From assembly GCF_009914755.1 (NCBI RefSeq), contig NC_060926.1: a stretch of 64,000 nt of DNA, one strand, 5' to 3'. A program made the position numbers and the translations under genes. The stretch comes from the human T2T-CHM13v2.0 reference genome, Homo sapiens. The notes under the pieces are model-generated. The model saw nothing but the letters and a program-made list of their open reading frames with translations. It was not told the origin of the DNA and ran no database searches. Below, piece by piece: positions 25,639 through 37,503 of this stretch; position 1 is the stretch's first letter, and each line of letters starts with the position of its first letter.

Positions 25639-26439
25639 AGGAGAAAGAGTATGAGGACTAGAAATGTTACCAAAGGAACCCAGAGGACAAAGAAAGAAAG
25701 ACAGAAAAAGCAGAGCTTTCCAAACTCAACCCAAGAACACACCTAATAATACTGAGGAAGGGAAGCAAAAGTTTAAAATAAGGACTAAACAAATCTTGAA
25801 ACTCTCTACACTCAAATATCTATTGCAAGGTAAACTCTGAAATGCCTAAAGAACAGCCTCCCACCAGAGTAGCCCTGCTTCTGATCCAGAGGCTGATTAG
25901 AAAAGCTTCCGCCTGAGCCTGCTGAAGCTGAGGCTGAAGGAGGGCTATTCTGGGATTTGCACTACATCCTAATGTGGTGTGGTAGGACTCACATTCCCTC
26001 TTGCTGGGTGAAAACAGCAGAGGATGTATTCTGGATGCTTAGAGCCCTGACAAGGCACTCCAGCTCAGTACATGGCAGAGCTGATGACCACCAGTGACTT
26101 CCCCCAGGAACAGCTCAGAGCTGGTGCCCCACCCCGAGGTAGCCTGGGAGCAGCAGGCTTTCGTTCTGGCTCCCAGCATGCTGAGTCATCCTGGCTGTTG
26201 AAACAGTCCATGCTCTCTCAGTTTCTCCTTTGGCTTCTTATGTCAAACTAGATCCAATCAGAATTTTCTCATGCCCCTTCCAACTCTGATTTTCCTGAGG
26301 TGGCTATTGAGACCAATACCCCCATTTCCTGCTTTCTAGCATCTTCTCCATCCCTTTCACTAAGGAAAGGAGAAGGGATCGGAGCTCGTCATAGGTTGGG
26401 CTCTCCTAGAAGCAGACCCGGAGACCAGGTGAAGGGAGC

Positions 26440-29439
26440 TGATATAGTTTGGATGTTTGTTCACTCCAAATCTCATGTGGAGTAACCCCCACAAGAATAT
26501 GAGAATGGGAAATGTTACTAAAGGAACATTTGTGGTTCTCAATGTTGGAGGTGGGCCCTACGGGGAGGTGTTTGGATCATGGGGGCAGATCCCTCATGAA
26601 TGGCTTAGCACCATCTCCTTGGTGATAAGTGAGTTCTCAGTTGGTTCACAGGAGATCTGACTGTTTTAAAAGAGCACCTCCCTCCTCTCTGTCTTGCTCC
26701 CACTCTCACCCTGTGACATGCTGGCTCCCTGTTGCCTTCTACTATAATTGCAAGCTTCCTGAGGCCCTCACCAGAAGCAGATCCCAGCACCCTGTTTCCT
26801 GTACACCTGCAGAACTGTGAGCCAATTTAACCTCCTTTATTTATAAATTATCTAGCCTCAAGTATTTATTTATAGCAACACAAAAACAGACTGATACAGA
26901 ACATTAATATTGAAGAGCAGGGCATTGCTGTAAAGACACCTGAAAATGTGGAAGCAGCTTTGGAACTGGTAATGGGCAGAGGCTAGAAGAGTTTGGAAGG
27001 CTTAGAGAAGACAGGAAGACAAGGGAAAGCTTGGAACTTCTTCGAGATCAGTTAAGTGATTGTGAGCAAAATTCTGGTAGAGATATGGACGGTGAATTCC
27101 AGGCTGACAAGGTCTCAGATAGAAATGTGGAAGCTATTGGGAACTGGAGGGAAGCTCACCCTAGTTATGCCCTAGCAAAGAGCTTGGCTGCATTGTCTCC
27201 ATGTCCTACGGCTTTGTGGAAGTCTGAACTTGAGAGTGATGACTTATGGTACCCAGTGGAAGAAATTTCTAGACAGCAATCTGCCCCTACAGGCTTACCA
27301 CCACATGGATGCTGGCAAGGCTTATGGCTTGTGTCCTAAGTGTTCAAGAAGTGGAATAGTTGCTTCTAACAGCCTACAATCAGAGGAGGGAGCAAAAGAA
27401 TAACTTAGAGTTGGAACTTATGTTTAAAAGGGAAAGAGAGCATACAAGTTTGGAAAATTTACAGCCTGGCCCTATGGTAAAGAAAGAATCCAAGCAGGCT
27501 GTAGAGCGACCACTTGCTAGAGAGATTAGCATGACTCAAAGGGAGCCAAGTCCTAACATCCAAGACAATGGGAAGAAAGATCTCAAAGATATTTCAGAGA
27601 TTTCTAACACAGCTCCTCCCATCACAAGTCCAGAGGCCTAGGAGGAAAGAATGGTTTCAGGGGGCAGGCCCAGGGCCCGTTCTCCTGCTCAATCTCAGGA
27701 CACTTGCTGCATCCTGGCTACTCCAGCTCCAGCTGCAGCTCAAAGGGCCCCAGGTACAGCTTGGACTGCGACTCTGGAGGGTTCCAGTCATAAGTCTTAG
27801 CATCTTCCATGTAGTGGTTAAGCTTATGGGTGCACAGAATGCAAAGCATGAGGGAGGCTTAGCGGCTTCCACCTAGATTTCAAAGGACGTATCAGAAAGC
27901 CTTAGTGCCAAGGTAGAAGCCTGATGCAGGGGTGGAGCCCCCACAGGGATACTCTACTATGGCAGTGCTGAGGGGAAATGTGGGGTTGGAGCCCACACAC
28001 AGAGTCCCCACCGGAGCACTGCCTAGTGGGGCTATGGGAAGGGGGCTGCCATCCTCCAGACCCAAGAATGATAGATCTCCCAGCAGCTTTCAACCTCAGC
28101 ATGGAAAAGCTGCAGGCACTCAACTCCAACCTGTTAGAGCAGCTACATGGGCTATATACTGCAAAGCCACAGGATGGAGCCACCCAAGGCCTTGGGAGCC
28201 CACCTGTATTAGTCTGTTCTCACACTGCTATAAAGAAATACCTAATTCTGGGTAATTTATAAAGAAAAGAAGTTTAATTGGCTCACAGTTCTGCAGGCTA
28301 TACCAGAAGCACAGTTCTGGCATCAGCTTCTAGGGGGGCCTCAAGAAGCTTACAATCATGGCAGAAGATGAAGCAGGAGCAGGCACATCACTAGAAAAAG
28401 CAAAGGCAAGGAAGAGAGGGGAGAGGTGTCATACACTTTTAAATGACTAGATCTCACAAGAACTTACTCACTATCACGAGGACAGTGCCAAGAGGATGGT
28501 ACTAAAGTATTCATGAGGGATCCACTCCCATGATCTAGTCATCTTCCACCAGGCTTATCTAAGACTGGGGATTACAACTGAACATGAGATTTGGCCAGGG
28601 ATAGAGAACCAAACCATATCACTAATCCTTGCTCCGGTGTTCCCTGGATGTGAGACATGGAGTCAAAGGAGATTATTTTGGAGCTTTAAGATTTAATGAC
28701 TACCCTGTTACGTTTCAGACTTGGGTTGGGCCTGTTAACTTTTTCTTTGGGCCAGTTTCTCCCTTTTGGAATGGGAATGTTTACCCAATGCCTGTACCAC
28801 CATTGTATCTTGGAAGTAAGTAATTTGGTTTTGATTTCACAGGCTCATAGGTGAAAGGAACTTATATCCAGATGAGACTTTAGTCTTTGGACTCGGAACT
28901 TGGAGCTCTTGATTAAGTTGATGCTGGAACAAGATAATACTCTGGGAGACTATTGAGAAGGGATGATTGTATTTTGCCATGTGAGAAGGACATGAGATTT
29001 GGGGGACTGGGGCAGAATAATATGGTTTGGATATTTGTCTTCTTCAAATCTCACGTTGAAGTGTGATCTCCGGTGTTGGAGGTAGAGCCTGGTGGGAGGT
29101 GTTTTGGATTCTCATGGCAGATCCCTCATGAATGACTTAGCACCATTCCCTTGGTGATGAGTGAGTTCTCACTCCGAGTTTATGTGAGATCTTGTTGTAT
29201 AAAAGAGCGTGGCACCTCCCCTCTCTCTATTTCTCACTCCTGCTCTCCCCATGTGACATGCTGGCTCCCTGTGGCCTTCCTCCATGATTATAAGCTTCCT
29301 GAGGCCCTCACCCAAAGCAGTTGCCAGCACCATGCTTGTTGTACAGCTTGCAGAGCTGTGAGCCAATGAAAGTTATTTTCTTTAGAAATTACCCAACCTC
29401 GGGTATTCCTTTATAGCAATGTGAAAACACACTGATACA
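26440..29439 (+). mobile_element. Full-length MSTB-type MaLR element: 5' LTR 26440-26898, internal region, 3' LTR 29018-29439
   Basis: Two direct LTRs flank an MST-int sequence, with a purine tract before the 3' LTR and a perfect 5-bp TSD GGAGC (26435-26439 / 29440-29444). Confidence 0.95.
28205..28621 (-). mobile_element. MSTA/B solo LTR nested antisense in MST-int
   Basis: tgtattagtctgttctcacactgctataaagaaatacc ... aaaccatatca. MST-int resumes on both sides. Confidence 0.92.
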
Positions 29440-29444
29440 GGAGC

Positions 29445-29810
29445 CCTGGTAGAGGAATGGGGAAGACACAGGGAAGGGAAAGTGGCCACTAAGGAATGTG
29501 TTATCATGCCAGCTACCTCTCAGGGGGGCATGAGGCTTAATACCACTGGGAAAACTCTGAGATCCCCAGTAAGAAACACAGATCAGAGGTACCTCACCCG
29601 AGGGGCAAGGGAGCTGGGGTACTGATACTCCACACTCCCTCAGCCCATGGCTGAAAGATGACAAAGGAGAGTGGTGGTAATTATTTCTCTGTCAGCAGCA
29701 AGAGAAAAGCCATCAGCCTAGCAATGCAGGTGGCAGCATTTGGAAGGCAGTTGGTAGGTACTAAGGAGGGACAGGTGGCCATGGCAGGGCACCAGCAACA
29801 CTGCTATGAA
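29445..29810 (-). mobile_element. ERVL-class LTR (LTR16-like), split by the MSTB element (other piece ~26387-26434)
   Basis: ggttgggctctcctagaagcagacc on the left side and gaggggcaagggagctggggtact on the right side. Confidence 0.6.
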
Positions 29811-30086
29811 ACACTAAGATTTAAAGCTCTTACTAGATATCATACACTCTGCTAAGCACGCTACAAACTTGATTTCATTTCATCTTTACAATATCACCAT
29901 AGGACTGATATTTTTAGCTCCACTTCACAAAGGAGGAAATAGAGGTACCTTCTTCACCTGCCCAAGGTCAAACAACCAGTAACACACAAAACTGAGAATT
30001 GACTGAGGTTTGTCTAGCTCAGCATACAGCTCCTTGATTTTCCCACTACATCTTGGTCCCTCTAAAGCCTCGGAATGCCCTGGGGG

Positions 30087-30237
30087 CAGGGCCAGCCTCA
30101 CAGATATGTGGCCCAGGAAGTCACAGACGGCCCCATGCTCAGAGGATCCTGCACTTGGTTTAATGCTATGCAATTTTTGAAAGAGGGGCCCGTTGTTTTC
30201 ATTTTGCACTGGACTGCAAATTATGTAGCAGGTCCTG
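30087..30237 (+). mobile_element. MER91A (hAT-Tip100 MITE)
   Basis: cagggccagc...cacttggtttaatgct...ttttcattttgcactgg...caaattatgtagcaggtcctg, with terminal inverted repeats. Confidence 0.8.
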
Positions 30238-31161
30238 CCTCATGGCCTTGCTCACCCAAGTTCTAATCTCCCTAGGAAGCACATCTCAAACTCTTAGCTG
30301 CTTAAAATCTCACTGACTTAGATTTAATTGAAAAATCCTTTCCATCTGTATAATAATTTTCCACCCCAAAGTTACACCAAGAATTAACAGGTGATAATGA
30401 TTTAACAGCACACTCCAAGCAACAAAGACCAGCCAGATTCTCTCTCAACAGCCCTGGCTGTTACTTTAATCTTCTGGCTTCTTCCCTGTGTCGCAGCACA
30501 GCAGTTAATGACCTGCAATAAATCCAAGAAGTTGTGATTTGAAAGCTACTGAGGCCTGGCAAGGAAACAGATCTACATTTTCATTGAGAGGTGGTATCTA
30601 GGTTACCTGGGCCCAGCAAGGATTCCTCGATATTAAGGCTGTTCTTCTTTTAAGACCTAATTCGACATCTCTACTGTCTCACCCAGGGACTTGTATTTTT
30701 TCTTTTAATCACTCACGCCTACCCTTTTATCTAACCTTTCCAGACCGCTTGCTCTTTAAAGTGTAATGGCTGTATTATCAGACAAAGCTGATCGTAAATG
30801 TGGTGCTGAAGGGGAACGGCCTGAACAGCTTGAAGATGTGGGCCCCAAGATTGGGCTCAAATCACATGCTAGAGCTGCAGCACTGTCCTGGGCACCTGAG
30901 CCCCTGACCCCCAACCCAGATGGGCACATGAGCAATGTAGGGCGACTCGATGAGGTATTTCTTGGGGCCACTAACACTTTATATACACCTTTCCAATTCC
31001 AATTCCCCGTTCAGCTAAACTCTCTCTACTTATAGTTAGATCTATCTGATGCAAGCTAAGTTTGAAGTACTCTGCAGTCTGCTGGGGAAGTGTATAAACA
31101 AGCTCTTTGTTCTCTCCAGCAGCATCCCTGGAGGAAACCCAAGGGAATTCCCAAGGGAATA

Positions 31162-31470
31162 CAGGTCCACAATCCCTTATCCTCAATTTCAAAATAAAAA
31201 AAAAGCACAACAAGCTGAGTTTTTCTCAACTTATTTGGTCAAAACCTGGCCTGAACTAAGTACTGCCTTTAATTATCCTTTTAATGCTAATATCCTTACT
31301 TTTGCAGCAGAATTATTAATGTGATTGACAGCGGGGGACTACTCCAGACCTACTGGGGCTGTTACATGATATGGAATAGATGCACCATAATACCTTTCCA
31401 AGATCTGACAAATTCTAAATTCCAAAGCACATCTGTTCTCCAGGGTTTTGGCTAAGGGATTGGGCCTCTT
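31162..31470. mobile_element. TcMar-Tigger-like MITE
   Basis: Imperfect terminal inverted repeats caggtccacaatcccttatcc / ggctaagggattgggcct, preceded by TA. Family uncertain. Confidence 0.55.
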
Positions 31471-31499
31471 TCTTAAACACAGCAATCACAAGATATTCA

Positions 31500-32030
31500 C
31501 AGTTCAGGGTGTGAAGCAGGTACAATCTCTTGCCAAAACAGCTGGAAATCTGAGAAGAGATGAGACACACACATAAATAAATATCCTACAAAGTGGGACA
31601 CGATCATGTCTAGTTAGGGGAGATCAGGGTGTGCCTTATGGAAAGGGGAACATTATCCTGGGTGTGCAATGGCATGGAGGCAGGAGGCTGCAGGGGAAAT
31701 GTGGGATCAGGGCTCACTTGTACAGAAGCAAAAGGCCTAGGGCGAATGGGAAATAAAGTTGGAAAAGTCACTGGGGACACATTGGAGAGGACTTTGAAGG
31801 CCAGACTGAGGCAAAGTTTGGCGGGGCAACTGGGGCTGTGTTCCAGGAAGTTAAATTCTTGCAAGGCTGAGGGAGCAAAGTGGGTAACTGGCCGGGAGAC
31901 AGTCACAGGAATCCCACAGAAAGACGATGAAGTCAGGCACCAGGGCGTGGGCTTTGGAGTCAGGAGGAGGACAGATTCAAAAGGAACTGTGGAGATAGAG
32001 GGAAAGGGTCCAGGAAATGTGTGGAGCCGC
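31500..32030 (-). mobile_element. L2 fragment(s)
   Basis: Purine-rich reverse L2 signature (ggaggactttgaaggccagactgaggc...ggggctgtgttcc). The long ORFs here lie on it. Confidence 0.55.
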
Positions 32031-32959
32031 TGGTTTGAGCAGGGGGCTGGGCGGGCCCTGAGTGCCCATGGGCGGGCCCTGCCTCCTCTGCCTCCCTCCC
32101 AGCTGATGCACAGCCGCAGCTCTCCGGCTGCCACGGGTCTGGCCTCAGTGCCATCAGCAACATTCTTCTTCATTTGTATTTCTCTTCTAGCCTACCCAGC
32201 AATACTTAATTATTTAAATCTCAATTAATCCCCGTAAGGGTGCTTGCATGGGAAGTTTGTTTAATTACCTCCTTTAAACTCCCCTGTTGCACATGGCCTT
32301 GTCGGGTTTACTGATCACTCAACCACCAAGCTTCTCTCTCCGAGCTGGCAGCTGAAGTAGCTCAGAGGAAATTCTTCAGGAGCAAATTCCAAGGCTCACT
32401 GTGCTCCTCCTTTCACTATTCAGGCTGCGCTACAGTGGAGAATGGGGGCTCAGGACAGTCACCGGAAAGAATGGAGGCATCAGAGTCTTCTCCTCGATGC
32501 CCCGCCTCCCTTATGTGCCAGCATCCCTGCCCTGTCCCAAAGCTACAGGCCAGGCATTTCACATCCTTTCCCCTCAGCCAGACACGGGGCTCCCATGCCT
32601 GCATGCACGCAGTTTGACCCATTCTGTGCCCATTCAAATCCCTCCCTTCTTTCGGGGCCCAATTCAAGCCCTTCCTTTTCTAAAATGCCCTTCCTGCCCA
32701 AACTCTTTTTTACCACCTGGACATTCTCAGAACCTGGCTCAGTTCCTGGCCAGTTGGCTGGGTACATTTCACCAGCAAAACTGACCTCTGCCTCCTTTGA
32801 GTTCTCATGAGTTCTCCTCTCATCTCAGCAGCTCTTTGAATGCAGTTATTTTCAGCATGTATTGCTTCACGCACGGAGACCACACATTTCCTAGGAGCAA
32901 AGGCATACCGTGTCCTCACAGCACCTCATACAGTAAGCGCTCAGACATTGCTTGTTATG

Positions 32960-33365
32960 TGTGTGTTAAAATACACATAACGTAAAACTTGCCATTAGCC
33001 GCATTTTGTACATTCATGATGTTGCGCAGCCCTCACAACCATCTGGTTTCAGATCATTTCCATCATCCCAAAAGGAAACCCTCTACGCATTAAGTAGTCA
33101 CTCTTCAACCCTGCCAACTACCTGGTGGCCTTTGTCAGTACAGATTTGCCTATTCTGGACATTTCCTACAAATTCAATTATAGAAGATGTGGCCTTTTGT
33201 AGCTGTCTTCTTACACATAGCATAATGTCTTTAGGGTTTATCCATGTTGAAATATGTATCAGTATTTCATTCATTTCATGGCTGGATAATATTCCATTCT
33301 AAGGATACCACATTTTGCTTATTATTCATTCGTATTTTTTTTATTCATGGATATTTGGGTCAAAC
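32960..33365 (-). mobile_element. L1MB-type 3' end
   Basis: aaaatacacataacgtaaaacttgccatt...catcatcccaaaaggaaaccc...gatttgcctattctggacatttc. Confidence 0.82.
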
Positions 33366-34627
33366 ATTGCTTTTTTATTATTAATATTTTTCTCTGGAGT
33401 ATTCACTATTGTCAATGAACATTTACCCTCTACACAGCATATGGTACAGATGGCAGGTACCCAGGTACCAAGGGGCAGGTACCAAACATCTGAAAATAAG
33501 AAGACAGCGCTGCAGAGCCCTACACAGTCAATGGGGCACTTTGGCCGAGCCTGTCTCACCTCATCTTTACAACTCTTGGAGGCAGGTCCTATTACCTCCA
33601 ATGAACACAGGAGAATATGAGCGTTAGAAAGGAGAGTGACTTGGGCAGGGCCACAGGGCCCCCAAACTGGAGAGCTGATCCTTATCCTCTGCTTCTCAAC
33701 TCTTTCACTATGCCATGCTGCCTTTCTGACCCTGAAACATAGATGAGAGTCTTGTTATTCTTCAGTGCGGGGATCATCTCTTCTCGAAGTCTCCGCTAAG
33801 CCATTCCCTTGACCCCTCCCATCCTCAGGGGGCCACCCTCTCTCTTCCCACACTGTGTCCTGTGCTGACTTCTGTGTCTTCTTAATTTCTAGACCAGTGG
33901 GCTCCACAGTGGTACGTGTCTCCATGAGACATCAGAGAGCAAGAAGAAAATACTAGAACCTTCATGTATATTTATTGGCTGTCTCATCTTTCTAAACTTG
34001 ATAGTTTTTATTATGTTTGATAGTGAACACAATATATAATACAGTATTCCATGCATATGAATAAATACATATTATACGCCAACCCTTTTTATACTAAAGG
34101 GCTTTCAAGTAAGGACTCCACTGCATTCCTATACGAGGTTCTTGAATTCCGACTCTAATTAATCTCTGGATTCACAACTCTGTGTCAGTGCCTGACACAT
34201 AATCTCCGAGCAGATGTTCAGTATATATAAATTTTAAAAAAATTTTAAATGAGTGGCTTTCAAAGACCTTTCCAGCCTCCTCATATGCAATTTCCTGATA
34301 TCAAGCTGAAATCTAACTTCTTCCCTTTGAGTTTCTCCAGGAGGAGAACCAGACTATATTGCTTTTTTCCTTCTGCGACCTCTATTACTATGAAGCAGCT
34401 CTGATGAAATGGTTCTTGGTGCATTTAGAACTGAATTTGAGTTGTGTCTCTGCTTCATCCTAGCTCTGTGACTCTGAGTTCATTACTTCACTCTCTGAGC
34501 CTTAATTTCTCCATGTTGTATGCTTCTCAATCTACAATGAAGTTCAAATAGGAGGTATATGAATGTTTTTAGAAAATCACAAAACATTATAGATGGTAAG
34601 CATGAATTATTTTCTTCTTTAACTCAT

Positions 34628-34681
34628 TTTTTTAAAATTTTATTATTATTATACTTTAAGTTTTAGGGTACATGTGCACAA
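34628..34681 (-). mobile_element. Extremely 5'-truncated young L1PA (PA2-4-like) 3' tip
   Basis: ttattattatactttaagttttagggtacatgtgcacaa is the reverse complement of the L1PA terminus ...ccctaaaacttaaagtataata. Confidence 0.85.
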
Positions 34682-34710
34682 GGCTAACATCAGAAAGACA
34701 GCAGCTTCTC

Positions 34711-35104
34711 TGTATTAAGCAATTCTTGCATTGCCATAAAGAAATACCCGAGACTGGTAATTTATAAAGAAAAGCAGTTTAATTGGCTCACAGTTCTGCA
34801 GGATGTACAAGCATGGCCCTGACACATGCTCAGCTTCTGGGAAGGCCTACAGGGAGCTTTTACACACTAAGAAAAGTGAAGCAGAAGCAGGCACATCACA
34901 CAGGGAGAGCAGGAGCAAGGGAGGGGGTGGTGCCACACACTTTTAAATTACCAGATCATGCAAGAACTCACTCACTATCAGGAGGACAGCACCAACGAGG
35001 GATCCACCCCGTGGTCCAAACACCTCCTACTAGGCCCCACCTTCAACATCAGGGATCATATTTCAACATGAGATTTGGCCGAGACATATATTCAAACTAT
35101 ATCA
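34711..35104 (-). mobile_element. MSTB-type MaLR solo LTR
   Basis: tgtattaagcaattcttgcattgccataaagaaatacccgagactgg ... aaactatatca. Confidence 0.9.
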
Positions 35105-35803
35105 TCTTCCTTGGTATTTACCCAAATGAGTTGAAAACTTAGGTCCACACAAAAACCTGCACATGAATGTTTATAGCAGCTTTATTCACAATAGCCAAAA
35201 CTTGGAAGCAACCAAGGTGTCCTTCAGTAGGTGAATGGATAAATAAAATGCGGTACATCCAGACAATGGAATGTTATTCAGTGCTAAATAGAAATGAACT
35301 ATCAAGCCATGAAGACATGGAGGACATTTATGTACATACTTCTAAGTGAAAGAGGCCAATCTGAAAAGCTACATATTGTACAATTCCAACTATATGACAT
35401 TCTGGAAAAAGCCATGGAGAAAGTAAAAAGATCAGTGGTTTCCAGGGGTTAAGGGGGAGGAAGAAATGAATAGGTGGAGGATTTTTAAGGGCAGTGGATT
35501 TGGGGGGCAGTAAAACTACTCTGTGTGACATTATAACAGTGGATATATGCCATACATTTGCACAAATCCATACAATATACATCAACAAGAATGGTCCCCT
35601 AATAAAAACTATGGACTTTGGGATATAATAATGTGTCGATATAGGTTCTCAATTGTAACAAATGTACCAAATTGTAGCAAATGTGCAGGGTGTTCATAGT
35701 GGAGGAGTCTGGTGGGGTGCGGCAGGGGGTAAACAGGTACTGTCTGTTCTTCTCAATTTTTCTGTGAACCTAAAACTGCTCTAAAAAAAAAGTCTATTTT
35801 TAA
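35105..35803 (+). mobile_element. L1MC1-like 3' end
   Basis: gtccacacaaaaacctgcacatgaatgtttatagcagc ... tgtgaacctaaaactgctctaaaaaa. Confidence 0.88.
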
Positions 35804-36129
35804 AAGTCAGCAACTCAACAGAATTTTTAATGATTAGAGCTTCTTTTTGATAATTTTTTTTTAAACAGGAAGATAGGAAACTATATACACATACAAACAC
35901 ACTAAAAAAAAAAAACACTAGGAGAAAATTGTTAGCCATGGTTGCCTCTGGATAGTGAGGTCACAAATTATTTTTAAATTACACTCTATTGTTTGTGCTA
36001 TTTTCTAAATCATGTACAATAAGAAAACATATATTTGAATAAGAAATAAGTTATCAAAAATATTCAACCATCTTTTCTCAAGAAATATCATGCATCTTGT
36101 GTTTTAAAATTGAGATCTATTTAAATTCA

Positions 36130-36720
36130 AGTGTGTCTGCTCCATCAGTTCAGTGGTTGTTAAGGCCTACTGTATGCACCAGTTCTTGTGCTGGTGCTTA
36201 TGTGTTGAAAGATACAAACAAGAAACATATCCTGCCCTGGGGAAGTTCACAGCCTTGTGGAGGAATCAGAAGAGGCAGAACCTTGTTGGTCTGTTGACTC
36301 CTAGACGTACACATGAGGTTTTCAAGAAGAGGGAAGAAGATCCATTTGGAAGGACATAGCAGGGTGGGGGCAGGGAAGTGAAATGAAGAAAGGCTTCCTG
36401 CAGCAAGTGGTAGGTGAGATGGTCTTAGAGATGAAATATATCTGAGTATTTGGAGGAGTTGGGAGGAGGCTATTTAGGCAGATAGAACAGCATTAGCAAA
36501 GGTGTCAAACTGGGAAACTGTCTCATGTCTAAGAAATTCAGCAATCTAGTAACTTGGCTGGACCACAGCATATATGTCCAGTAGCTTTGGAAGATAAAAT
36601 GGGAAAATTGAGTCTGACCTACCAATGAAGGTGGTTGATGCTACAATGGGCAGTTGTGTTTGACTTCTTAGGCAATGGGGAACTACTGGAGGATTCAAAG
36701 GAAGAGGAAACTCCAGTTGC
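36130..36720 (-). mobile_element. L2 fragments
   Basis: gaaaggcttcctgcag...aggcagatagaacagcattagcaaagg...ggcaatggggaactactggagg. Confidence 0.6.
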
Positions 36721-37092
36721 ATTTAGCAGGTTACAAAACAATGTGGCTAGTAGGTCCCCATTTTTTGGTAGATATAATGTGTGTGTGTGTGTATTTTTAA
36801 TTACATGTGGACTAAATTTTTTAAAATAAGCATATATTACTTTCTCAACTGAGAGTGAAGCCATGGTTATTTCTGTTTCAGGAAGGAAAAGATCTTCCTG
36901 ATTGAATGATCACTCTTTATGAATGTAGAGGATGAATTGGAAGGGATCAGCCTTTAGACTTTTCAGACAAGATCTGAAAAGGGGATTTTCAGACAAATCC
37001 CTCGGGGATTGTGAGACATCCCCACTTCCATGCCCACTGCCTGCAACTCTCTCCCTGCTACTCTCTCCTTACTATGCACATACATGAACATT

Positions 37093-37136
<44 letters not shown>

Positions 37137-37142
<6 letters not shown>

Positions 37143-37503
37143 GAAATGGAAGTTTATGTCCCTCCCCAAATTCACATGTTGAAATGTAACCTCCAGTGTG
37201 ATAGAATAAGGAGGTGGGGCCTTTGGGGGATGATAAGATGATGAGGCTGAAGCACTCACTATGGGATTAAGCTCTTACAAAAGAGACCCCAAAGAGCTCT
37301 CTCACCTCCTTTCTGCCCTGCGAGGAAACAATGAGAACTCAGCAGTCTGCAACCTGGAGAAAGGCTCTCACAGCACACAAACGTGCTGGCAGCCTGAGGC
37401 TTCAGACTTCCAGCTTCCAGAACCACCAGAAACAAACTGCTGTTGTTTTCAAGCCACCTAGTCTATGGTATTTTTGTTATAGCAGCCTAAACAAACGAAG
37501 ACT
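37137..37503 (+). mobile_element. MLT1A0-type LTR flanked on both sides by (TC)n
   Basis: tgtccctccccaaattcacatgttgaa...ggaggtggggcctttggg...gttatagcagcctaaac. (TC)n at ~37096-37136 and ~37503-37532. Confidence 0.88.

Noticed and set aside
27031-28262. Cluster of ~100-aa ORFs
   Set aside because: Broken remnants of the MST-int reading frame with stops, frameshifts and insertions.
31610-32228. Longest ORFs in the window (199 aa +, 187 aa -)
   Set aside because: They overlap a degenerate L2 on both strands, show no recognisable domain, and the + frame starts at a non-ATG codon.
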